Below are positions 7,045 to 14,802 of a stretch of DNA of 23,078 bases, piece by piece (the stretch's first letter is position 1; each line of letters begins with the position of its first letter). Position numbers and translations under genes: made by a program. Origin of the DNA: a virus; the IMG/VR virus record IMGVR_UViG_3300031949_000010. One strand, 5' to 3'. The notes beneath the pieces were generated by a model. It was not told where the DNA came from. It did no database searches and was given only the letters and a program-made list of their open reading frames with translations.

Positions 7045-7256
7045 GCGAGACATCCATCCGAGACGAGAAGGTCCACTGCAAGAGCGCAATGGCCTCCGCG
7101 TCGGCCCACATCTCGGGCCTCGGGGGGCCGGACGCGTCGCGCGAGCGCCTTGAGGCGGCCGTCAGCCACCTGGCGGCATGCCGGTCCTGCAGGTCCTCCC
7201 TCGACCCAAGTGACCGCGCCCGCTTCGTCTTTGAGGTGTCTCTCTCTCGAGCCTGA
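7041..7256 (+). CDS. Small zf-HC2 (ZAS)-like protein
   Basis: VHCKSA...AVSHLAACRSC (Cys plus HxxxCxxC). Confidence 0.6.
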   Translation: MSETSIRDEKVHCKSAMASASAHISGLGGPDASRERLEAAVSHLAACRSCRSSLDPSDRARFVFEVSLSRA

Positions 7257-7311
7257 ATCCCATCAAGTTTAGCTCAGGTCCAGACGATCATCGTTCCAGG
7301 AAGGAGTGGCC

Positions 7312-7422
7312 ATGGAAACGATGCGAAGGGAACTGGGCGAACGGACGTGGGCGTCGACCTGGGCGTGGGCGGCGGCTATGGTGGGCGCTGGAGTCATCCT
7401 CCTCCTCGGGGCCGTGGCATGA
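7312..7422 (+). CDS. 36-aa single-pass membrane microprotein (absent from ORF track)
   Basis: SD AGGAAGGAG; METMRRELGERTWASTWAWAAAMVGAGVILLLGAVA*. Confidence 0.65.
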   Translation: METMRRELGERTWASTWAWAAAMVGAGVILLLGAVA

Positions 7423-7426
7423 AACG

Positions 7427-7654
7427 ATGAACGGAGAGCCAGAGCGGCCCGGTGCTCCTCGCGACCTCCACACCATCCTCCGGGTTTCGAATATTGGAGG
7501 CCGCGAGGTGCGCTTCCACAAGGATGGCTCGGTACTCGTCTGGGACGGCCCGCTCATGCGCTATCGGGCGCCGACCGAGAAGGAGCGAAGCGAGATCCTT
7601 GCGTGGCTCGACGATCTCACGACACTGGCCAAGTCCGTCCAACCAAAGCCTTGA
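7427..7654 (+). CDS. Hypothetical protein
   Basis: Starts 4 nt after the previous stop; globular composition. Confidence 0.6.
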   Translation: MNGEPERPGAPRDLHTILRVSNIGGREVRFHKDGSVLVWDGPLMRYRAPTEKERSEILAWLDDLTTLAKSVQPKP

Positions 7655-7703
7655 CTCCGCCCCCAGTGCGTTGGATCATGGTGGGCTGAAGAAGGAGGAT
7701 CGG

Positions 7704-8102
7704 ATGACGATCGTCAAGTGCAGAGGTGGGTGCGGCAAGTCGCGCGAGACGCCGACGCTGAACAAGACCCGCGCGGTGGCCGGCCACACGATGGTTTCTC
7801 CCTGGACCTGCGACGAATGCGCCCAGAGGATTGCGCGCCGCAAGGCGGGCACCCCTCCTCCGGAGGAGGAAAAGAAGGACGTCGGGTTCCGGCTCGTGCC
7901 CGGCAAGCGCCGCGCTGCTTTGGTGGATGCGCGCGCGAAGGAGACGTCCGGGGAGAAGGCTCCCACAGGTGGCGCGCCTGGATCCTCGCAGATGTCAGAA
8001 GGGACGCAGGATCCGGTGCCCCCTGTCGGCAATGTCGCATCGGTGGTGGAGACCGCCGACGACGGGAGCCCCGCAGCTCCTCCATCCTCGGCAACGGCCT
8101 GA
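7704..8102 (+). CDS. Hypothetical protein, N-terminal zinc ribbon plus disordered tail
   Basis: SD AAGGAGG; CRGGC...WTCDEC. Confidence 0.7.
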   Translation: MTIVKCRGGCGKSRETPTLNKTRAVAGHTMVSPWTCDECAQRIARRKAGTPPPEEEKKDVGFRLVPGKRRAALVDARAKETSGEKAPTGGAPGSSQMSEGTQDPVPPVGNVASVVETADDGSPAAPPSSATA

Positions 8103-8165
8103 ACGAACTCGATCCAGGGACCGTCCGCCAGTGGCGGCGCGTTCCGGCCAGAAGGGAGTTGAAAG

Positions 8166-8387
8166 ATGGCCCATCCGGCGAAGGCCCGCAGGTTCGCGGA
8201 GGAATCTCTGGCCTTCCACTCGCGCAAAGTGGGAAACCGGGACGAGGAGTTCGAAACCAAGTTGTCGGACCTCCTTGCGGACCTCATGCACCTGGCGGAC
8301 GCGAAGGGCGTGGAGTTCGATGAGGTCGTAGCGCACGCCCGCAGGAATTTCCAAGGGGAACGCGCGGAACACGGGCGCGACGCCTGA
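8166..8387 (+). CDS. Small helical protein with DLLADLMH motif
   Basis: LSDLLADLMHLADAKGVEFD, a pattern I associate with phage/mobile-element hypothetical proteins; function not assignable. Confidence 0.7.
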   Translation: MAHPAKARRFAEESLAFHSRKVGNRDEEFETKLSDLLADLMHLADAKGVEFDEVVAHARRNFQGERAEHGRDA

Positions 8388-8393
8388 AGGAAG

Positions 8394-8930
8394 ATGGCCG
8401 AGAAGCGAAAGCGCGGGCTGGTTCTGGCACCCGAGTACCTGGTCGAGATCATGGGGCGCCGGTACCCCGTCCATGGCATGGTGGAGGCCTCCCGGCTCGT
8501 AGAGGCGGTCCGCGACCGCTCCGGCGCCGGCGCCTCCGAGATGGGCGCGGAGTTCCCGGTCTACGAGGACGGTCGCATGATCGCCTACGTATCCTACAAT
8601 GGGCGAGTCTGGAGGGGCCTCCCCGGCGCGTGGCCGGATGCCGAGCTCATGTACGATCCGGCAGCGCAACGCTCGGAAGGGAAGCTGGCCGGCCACGCCC
8701 CAGAGGACGATGCGCCAGGGTTGGCCCGCGCCGTGGACGTGGCCCTACGGAGCGCCGCACGCGATGGACTGGACACCATCTCCGTGGAGCGCGCGTTCCG
8801 GGCGGTTCTCGATCAGACTTCGATCCTGGACGATGCACGGCTCTACCTTGGGGACAAGGCCCTGATGCGCGTCTTCGCCGAGGGCCTGGATGCGGCCGGC
8901 GCGTCCCAGGGCGTGGGCGTCACGGCGTAG
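8394..8930 (+). CDS. Hypothetical protein with IAYVSYNGRVW motif
   Basis: RDRSGAGASE...VYEDGRMIAYVSYNGRVW; SD AAGGAAG. Confidence 0.7.
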   Translation: MAEKRKRGLVLAPEYLVEIMGRRYPVHGMVEASRLVEAVRDRSGAGASEMGAEFPVYEDGRMIAYVSYNGRVWRGLPGAWPDAELMYDPAAQRSEGKLAGHAPEDDAPGLARAVDVALRSAARDGLDTISVERAFRAVLDQTSILDDARLYLGDKALMRVFAEGLDAAGASQGVGVTA

Positions 8931-8947
8931 TTGCCCGCCGTTTCTTC

Positions 8948-8976
8948 TTGACAGTGGACCGACTGCGGCGTACCTT
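8948..8976 (+). promoter_or_regulatory. Putative sigma70 promoter TTGACA-N17-TACCTT driving the structural module
   Basis: Perfect -35, 17-nt spacer, intergenic, 85 nt before ATG 9062. Confidence 0.75.
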
Positions 8977-9061
8977 CTTCCTGTAGATCGAGCCTATCCC
9001 TCCCCCGGGCGGCTTAGCCGTTGAAAGGACCCGTGCGGATCTCGATCCGTGCGGAGGCCCC

Positions 9062-11017
9062 ATGGCATCGGAGCTCACGCCCGCCATCCGCGAGGCGGTC
9101 GACGCGCTCTTCAGGCAGGGCGTCACGAAGGCCAGCGAGATCGTCGACACCCTGGCCCAGCGCAAGCTCAAGATCAACGCCATGCAGGTGGGTGGTCTCT
9201 GGACACTCTACCGCCGCAAGATGGCGGCCGAGCCCGGCGCGCCCAAGATGTCCCCCGACCCCCTGAAGCGTGCGGCAAGGGCGCAAGCGGACGCCGACGA
9301 CAGGCTGAAGTTGGGCGTGGGTGCCACGGACGACGGCTTCAACTGGTCTGGGGACGGGAAGGGCGGCGGGCTCGGGTTCGGGCAGTCCAGGGTAGAGGTG
9401 CACGTCACCCGCATCGCCCCCGCGAACGACGGCTTCCTCGGCGTCGAGGAGGACGGCCTCACACCCGACCAACTCGGCCGCAAGTACGGCTGGGGCACCT
9501 ACGACCTCGTGAAGTACGTGAACGGCACGAAGATCGCCACGTCGAGGATCTCGATCGCGAAAAGCTACGGCGACCCACGCGCCCCGCGGAACCCGGCCGT
9601 GCTGCCACGTCTCGTCCCCCGGGACGAGGAGGCGGAGAGGGCGACGCATCGGGCGCCCGAGAGCGGGTCGGCGGGACACCTGGGCGACGTGGTCCAGACC
9701 TTCAAGACCCTGAAGGACATCGCCGAGGCCGACCGGCCTGGCGCAACGGCTGCGGAAGCCAAAGTCATTGATCGTGCCCTCGAGGTCGCCATGGGCGGGA
9801 AGAGCGCGCCCGGGCAGGACGCCCTCGAGCGGTTCGTGAAGGAGCAGTCCGCAAGGGACGCCGCCGAACGCATCGCCGAGCGAGACCGCGAGAACGCCCG
9901 CCGCGCCGAGGAGCGCGAGCGGTGGAACCAGATGGAGAAGGAGAGGGAAGGGGCCCACACGCGCGAAATGGAACGTATCCGGGCTGAGGTGGCCGCGACT
10001 GAGAAGCGCGACCGCGAGTACCGGGACTTCCTCCAGAAGAACGAGAAGGACCGGGAGGCGCGTCTCGAGAAGGTGATCCAGGAGACGAACGAGTCCGTCC
10101 AGGGCCTCCAGGTGGCCATGAAGGATGAACTCGACAAGAACCTCGCCCACCAGCGGGAGTTGGCGAAGATCGAGCGCGACCGGCTCGACAGCGACCGCAC
10201 GCGCGACACGCGGGAGCTCGCGCAACTCAAGGAGCACCAGCAGCAACTCTTCGAGCTCCAGAGGCAGAGCCTGCCGGGCGCCGGATCGGACAAGGCGACC
10301 GAGATGATCGTCGGCCTGATCCAGAACGCGCTCGCGAAGGTCGAGACGAAGGCGAACGAGATCCTCCAACTCAAGAAGCTCGAGAAGGTGATCGCCGCGC
10401 TCGGCCCCGAGAACGCGCAGCAACTCGCCGCCGCCTTCATGCGGCAGGGCGGGATAGACCTCGGCAGCTTCCTGGGCGGACGCGGACCCGCCGCTCCGGG
10501 CGCCCGCCCGGCGGGGGCCGAGGGCGCGGCCACCGGCGGGGAGCCCAAGGCCGAGGCGAAAGAGGACCCGAAGGGGGACGGCATGAACGGCATCGCGCAG
10601 CAGGTCTACGGCACCCCCTTCTTCCGGGACCTCCTCTCGATCTGGTCGGGTCACCTGCGGATGAAGCGGACGCCTTATCTCTTCGCGAACCAACTCTGCG
10701 GCTACATGCTCGAGGACCGCCGGGTCGAGCTCTTCTACAACTACATGGCGGGCCTGACATGGCCCGAGTTCCTGGCGGAGATCCGGGACAAGGTTGATCC
10801 GGACAGGCTGCCGCTCTTCGAGGCCCCAGAGGCCTTGGCGTTCTTCGACGCGGTGATCGACCTCGTTGCGCAACGGGTGGAGAAGGACCACGTCGACCGG
10901 AACATCGTACCGAGGAAGGCAGCGGGGGCGGGGGCGGCCATGGCAGTCCCGGCTGCGGAGGCCGCGTCCGCCAACGGGAGCGCGGCCACGCCTGCCATGG
11001 AGGGCGGCTCGAAATGA
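9062..11017 (+). CDS. Large coiled-coil protein (N-terminal helical/HTH-like region, YGWGTY domain, E/R/K-rich coil, helical C-terminal domain)
   Basis: SD GGAGG; strongly GC-ending codons; long charged heptad-like stretch; ATGA overlap with next gene. Confidence 0.85.
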   Translation: MASELTPAIREAVDALFRQGVTKASEIVDTLAQRKLKINAMQVGGLWTLYRRKMAAEPGAPKMSPDPLKRAARAQADADDRLKLGVGATDDGFNWSGDGKGGGLGFGQSRVEVHVTRIAPANDGFLGVEEDGLTPDQLGRKYGWGTYDLVKYVNGTKIATSRISIAKSYGDPRAPRNPAVLPRLVPRDEEAERATHRAPESGSAGHLGDVVQTFKTLKDIAEADRPGATAAEAKVIDRALEVAMGGKSAPGQDALERFVKEQSARDAAERIAERDRENARRAEERERWNQMEKEREGAHTREMERIRAEVAATEKRDREYRDFLQKNEKDREARLEKVIQETNESVQGLQVAMKDELDKNLAHQRELAKIERDRLDSDRTRDTRELAQLKEHQQQLFELQRQSLPGAGSDKATEMIVGLIQNALAKVETKANEILQLKKLEKVIAALGPENAQQLAAAFMRQGGIDLGSFLGGRGPAAPGARPAGAEGAATGGEPKAEAKEDPKGDGMNGIAQQVYGTPFFRDLLSIWSGHLRMKRTPYLFANQLCGYMLEDRRVELFYNYMAGLTWPEFLAEIRDKVDPDRLPLFEAPEALAFFDAVIDLVAQRVEKDHVDRNIVPRKAAGAGAAMAVPAAEAASANGSAATPAMEGGSK

Positions 11018-11712
11018 TGCCCTTCGTCATGCCCCGTACCCGCCTGGGCGTCGCCGTCGACGCGCCCGGGCCGAGGGAGGGCGAGATCATCCGGACCTCG
11101 GTGCCCGACACGATGGAGGGCATCCGGTTCGAGATGGGCCGCATGGTCCGCTCCGTCCAGGAGGCGGTCGGGGACCCGGTCGTCGTCGATGCTGCCAGGA
11201 TGATCCTCCTGGCGTCGGAGCCCAAGAACAAGATCTCGGAGCTCGGCGCGATCTTCGCGTGGTCGAAAGCGCACTTCCACTACGTGAGCGACCCCGTCAA
11301 CAAGGAGTACATGCAGTCGGCCCGGCGGATGATCCGGCAGGCGCAGGCCCCGAGGGCGATGCTTGCCAGGATCCTGGCGCCGATCTACGGGCACGCGAAA
11401 AACGGCGTGGTCCGGATGGACGGCCGCGAGATGAACGGCCCTCTGCCAAAGGCCCTCGGAGACTGTGAAGAAGCGGCCGTGCTCACGGCGAGCCTCGCGG
11501 GTGCCGTGGGAATACTGCCCCGTTTCCGCTACGGGGGCGCAGGCAAGAGCCTCTGGCACGCCTGGAGCCAGGCCTACGTCCCGCCCGATGGCCTGTCGGG
11601 CGTGGGCCCAGAGGGCCAGTGGCTCGACATGGACATCACCGAGACGAAATACGACCTCGGACAGCACGCGCCCTTCCGGGCGTACGCGCACCAGGAGATC
11701 TTCGAGAACTGA
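11014..11712 (+). CDS. Transglutaminase-like (papain-fold) cysteine enzyme, candidate maturation protease
   Basis: FHYVSDP..KEYMQS, GDCEEAAVLTASL (Cys), WHAWSQAY (His), WLDMDIT (Asp). Confidence 0.85.
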   Translation: MMPFVMPRTRLGVAVDAPGPREGEIIRTSVPDTMEGIRFEMGRMVRSVQEAVGDPVVVDAARMILLASEPKNKISELGAIFAWSKAHFHYVSDPVNKEYMQSARRMIRQAQAPRAMLARILAPIYGHAKNGVVRMDGREMNGPLPKALGDCEEAAVLTASLAGAVGILPRFRYGGAGKSLWHAWSQAYVPPDGLSGVGPEGQWLDMDITETKYDLGQHAPFRAYAHQEIFEN

Positions 11713-11713
11713 T

Positions 11714-12364
11714 ATGGGCGTCCCCGAGTTGGTCTGGGAAGGCGGCGCGCCGGGAGGCGCGGCGTTGGCGGAGTCGGTCCGCCCCGGACGCGGCGGCTTC
11801 GACGTCCTCGAGCTCGGGCGCGGACCGGCGCTCGCGCAGGCAACCGATATGGTGATCCCCGGACCCGCGAGCGGCTTCGACCTGGCCGGGGGCCTCATGG
11901 GCCTCCTCTCGGACGGGATCTCGGGGCTCGGGACGATCATCGGTGCGCCGCTCGGCGTGATCGGCGACGCCGCCTCGTTCGTGATCGACGGAATCGCGGG
12001 GCTCGTGGGGAAAATACCGATCGTGGGCGAGTTGGTGGGGACAGTGCTCCTCGTCGGGAAGACGCTCCTCAACGCGGGCCTCAGCCTGCCCGAGACGGTG
12101 CTCAAGGCGTTCGCGAACGTCTTGGGCAGCTTCTCGAAACTCTCTTCCGACCAGCAGAAGAAGGTCTCCGAGGCCGCGATCGGGAAGCTGACCTCCTGGG
12201 GCAAGGAGAAGGGCCGGGAGGAAGACGTGCGGTCTATGCTCGAGAGGAACGCGCCACTCCCGGGCGGGGCCACCTCGGCACCGCCGGATGCGAGTTGGGG
12301 AACGGCGCTCGTCGGGATCGGGGTTCCGGTGGTGCTCACGGGCGGGGCGGCCCTTTTCGCATGA
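11714..12364 (+). CDS. Gly-rich putative virion membrane protein with C-terminal anchor
   Basis: ATG 1 nt after previous stop; amphipathic G/L/I/V-rich middle (KIPIVGELVG); tail WGTALVGIGVPVVLTGGAALFA. Confidence 0.75.
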   Translation: MGVPELVWEGGAPGGAALAESVRPGRGGFDVLELGRGPALAQATDMVIPGPASGFDLAGGLMGLLSDGISGLGTIIGAPLGVIGDAASFVIDGIAGLVGKIPIVGELVGTVLLVGKTLLNAGLSLPETVLKAFANVLGSFSKLSSDQQKKVSEAAIGKLTSWGKEKGREEDVRSMLERNAPLPGGATSAPPDASWGTALVGIGVPVVLTGGAALFA

Positions 12365-12383
12365 CGGAGGGGGAAGGAGAACC

Positions 12384-13022
12384 ATGGCCGACGAGGTGAT
12401 CGAAATGGGATCTTTTGAAGGAGGACGGAAGATGGCATCGAGGAAGGGCGGCGGCCTGGGGCGCCAGGTGGACCGGGCCGTCAACATGCTGGCGCGCGAG
12501 CGCGCGGGCCTGGGCTCCCGCGCCGGCTTCGGCCGGCCGGGCTTCGGCAACATCAGGCGCGAGGAGCTCGCCGGCCGGTTCGGCCACGAGAGCTTCCTGG
12601 GCGCCATCATCCCCAAGCAGGTGAAGCCGGTGCCCGTGATCCTGGGCACCGTCGTGGGCGTCGGGGTGAACAGCGCCGTGGGGCGCCTCCTCGAGAGCCC
12701 GGCGGTCGGGATCAACGCGAACCCGCTGCTCGCGCGCGTGCTCCTGGCCGGGGCCGGCGTGATCGGCCACATCGCGCTCAAGACGGACTTCACGCTCGGG
12801 TTCATGGTCGGGCAGTTCCCCGGCCTGATCGACGCGGGCGTCTCGGCCATCATGGACATGGCCCTGGGCGAGACCTCCCTGGCGGGCGCCGGCAACGGGC
12901 TGGGCGTCGCGTCCCAGGAGACCCTGAACGAACTCCGCGCGCTGCGGCGCAAGCTGGAGGGCGAGGGTGCGACCGGGCAGGGCGCCGTGCCGATGGGCCT
13001 CCGGGCCCGAGCGGCGGCGTAA
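12384..13022 (+). CDS. Putative virion core/membrane protein with basic GLG/GFG-repeat N-terminus
   Basis: SD GGAAGGAG; Arg-rich N-terminus with GGGLG, AGLG, AGFG, PGFG, GRFG, SFLG, then hydrophobic helices. Confidence 0.8.
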   Translation: MADEVIEMGSFEGGRKMASRKGGGLGRQVDRAVNMLARERAGLGSRAGFGRPGFGNIRREELAGRFGHESFLGAIIPKQVKPVPVILGTVVGVGVNSAVGRLLESPAVGINANPLLARVLLAGAGVIGHIALKTDFTLGFMVGQFPGLIDAGVSAIMDMALGETSLAGAGNGLGVASQETLNELRALRRKLEGEGATGQGAVPMGLRARAAA

Positions 13023-13231
13023 CCAAAACCTTCGGCTTTCGCGCCGGGCGGCGGCGGCGCCTCCTTCCGGGGGAGGGACCGATCGGGTCCTTCAGGGAGG
13101 GCCGCCCCGCCGCGGGCGCACGCGGTTCATGGAGTGTGGTGCGAGAGGGTGGGGAGACGCGGTGACCTGGTTCGTTCGGTTTGAGAGTGACGGTTCCGGG
13201 GGCTTCCCCGGCCGATGAAGGAGGCAAGACG
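13023..13231 (+). promoter_or_regulatory. Structured intergenic region/leader before the candidate capsid gene
   Basis: Nested stems between about 13041 and 13119 (GAGGGACC/GGTCCTTC inside CCTCCTT/AGGGAGG inside GGCGGC/GCCGCC) and CCGGGG-GCTT-CCCCGG just before the SD. Confidence 0.55.
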
Positions 13232-13987
13232 ATGATGCAGAAGATGCCGGGCGGCATCCTGCCGGGGTCGGCGTTCACCTACAAGGACTGCGCGGGCGCG
13301 CAGCTCACGGCGTACGCGTTCTGCTCGACGATCATCCAGGCGAAGACCGCCGAGTTGACCGTCGTGGACAGCTACGACACGCCGGCCACGAACGAAGTCG
13401 CCCAGGGCGACATCGTGAGCGACCTGCGGCTGACCACGGGGGACCCGGACCAGGAGTGCGGCCTGTCGGAGAACGACCGCTTCTTCAACGAGGCGAACGG
13501 AGCCGGCTACGCCGACAAGTGCTCCGTCACCGTCCTCTACTGCTACGGCGTGTCGGCCGAGAACCTGCTGACGCTCCCGCAGGCGGTGGCGGTGAACGAC
13601 TCCTGCCTCGAGGAGGTCTGGAACTCGAACGAGCGGTGCCGCATCATCAAGAACATGATGCAGCACTACTGGAACAAGTACCCCGTCGACGCGATCGCCG
13701 CCCAGGGCGCGGTCGGCGCGACGCAGGCCACGTTCCGGGAGATCGTCAACATGGGCGCCAAGTCGCTCGACGACCTCGGCTGCAACTGCTGGTACACGTT
13801 CAACCAGCGCGACCAGACGCTCCGGATCAACATCGACAACCTGGACTCGACGCCCTTCGCCGTGGGCGACACGATCCGGTTCGTCGGCACCTTCGGGACC
13901 CTGCAGCTCGTGCCGAGCCTCGAGTGCATCCGGCCGCTGGGAGCCGTGGATCTCCAGCCGCTTGCGCCGGCGATGCCGGCGGCCTAG
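13232..13987 (+). CDS. Candidate major capsid/major virion protein (251 aa, 10 Cys)
   Basis: Ideal SD GAAGGAGG; near-exclusive C/G-ending codons; flanked by hairpins; no TM segment. The CDS is firm; the capsid role is inferred from context only. Confidence 0.6.
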   Translation: MMQKMPGGILPGSAFTYKDCAGAQLTAYAFCSTIIQAKTAELTVVDSYDTPATNEVAQGDIVSDLRLTTGDPDQECGLSENDRFFNEANGAGYADKCSVTVLYCYGVSAENLLTLPQAVAVNDSCLEEVWNSNERCRIIKNMMQHYWNKYPVDAIAAQGAVGATQATFREIVNMGAKSLDDLGCNCWYTFNQRDQTLRINIDNLDSTPFAVGDTIRFVGTFGTLQLVPSLECIRPLGAVDLQPLAPAMPAA

Positions 13988-14010
13988 GCCGGGATCAAGC
14001 AAGGCCATTC

Positions 14011-14065
14011 CAGGGGGAGGAGCGCCCGAGGAACTGGGCGCCCGGGCGCTCCATCCCTTCCCCTG
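14011..14065 (+). terminator. Stem-loop after the candidate capsid gene (attenuator or mRNA 3' stabiliser)
   Basis: Perfect 10-bp IR GGAGCGCCCG (14019-14028)/CGGGCGCTCC (14043-14052), outer CAGGGG/CCCCTG; no U tract. Confidence 0.5.
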
Positions 14066-14097
14066 CCCCCCGTGGGTAGGGCCCGAAGGAGGTCTCC

Positions 14098-14802
14098 GTG
14101 GCCGAAGGTCGGTCGTCCATCCAGGGGCAATCGCCGCGCGCCATCGAGGCGCCGCCGCGCGAAGGCTTGGGGCTCTCCCAAGCGAGTGCGGACGGGCTTT
14201 TCGTCGTCACGCTCTCGGACTACTTCCGGGACGGCAAGAACAAGACCGACAAGGTCCTCCGGAAGATCGCCGGCGCAGCGGGCCTTCCGCAGGTCCTGGC
14301 AGCGCTCGGCTTCACGCTACCCCGGGAGGCCTACTTCCCGTCGCCCCTCCAGGAGGCGCATCGGCCGCTCAAGACACTCCTTGTTCCCGCGAAACTGGCC
14401 ACGGATCCGCCCGGCCAGATGGACTGCAACGTCCGATTCTGCGCCCCCAGGACCTGCTGGCTCTACATCCGCGACCTCTTCGCCCGGCCGCTCAACCTGA
14501 CGGCCGCCGAGAGCCTCGTCCTCCGCTACAGCCTCCAGTGCGGCTCGAACACCGCCTTCATCGACTTCTGCCAGATCACGTCACAGGCCTCCGAGGCGCC
14601 GGGGCAGTACACGCCGCCCCAGGTCCTCATGGTGCCGCCCACGGGATGCCTCGTGATCGACATCTTCAACGAGGATCAGCACTCCGAGGCCTGGATCGGC
14701 CTCACCGGGTTCCAGTGGCTCGTCCCCGTCGAGGAAGGAGACCCCGTCCTCGGCCTGCGCAGGCAGGCGGCAGCGCGCGCGGCGGGAAGGAACGGCCGAT
14801 GA
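14098..14802 (+). CDS. Putative virion protein, beta-rich C-terminal half with 6 Cys (possible second capsid protein)
   Basis: SD AAGGAGG, GTG start; strand-like segments LVIDIFNE, AWIGLTGFQW. Confidence 0.7.
   Translation: MAEGRSSIQGQSPRAIEAPPREGLGLSQASADGLFVVTLSDYFRDGKNKTDKVLRKIAGAAGLPQVLAALGFTLPREAYFPSPLQEAHRPLKTLLVPAKLATDPPGQMDCNVRFCAPRTCWLYIRDLFARPLNLTAAESLVLRYSLQCGSNTAFIDFCQITSQASEAPGQYTPPQVLMVPPTGCLVIDIFNEDQHSEAWIGLTGFQWLVPVEEGDPVLGLRRQAAARAAGRNGR

Noticed and set aside
7651-7679. Promoter TTGACT-N17-GATCAT before ORF 7704
   Set aside because: Weak -10 match; possible but not supportable
9014-10891. 625-aa minus-strand ORF (and similar long antisense ORFs at 10741-12438, 13127-14008, 14924-15892)
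   Set aside because: Antisense shadows of strongly GC3-biased plus-strand genes; no motifs or convincing SD. The 599-2365 overlap differs because it carries a family-specific motif
13962-14798. N-terminal extensions given by the ORF track (also 11465, 12288, 13181, 14912, 18617, 7452)
   Set aside because: They overlap upstream genes or promoters; internal ATGs, mostly with an SD or stop-start coupling, are better starts
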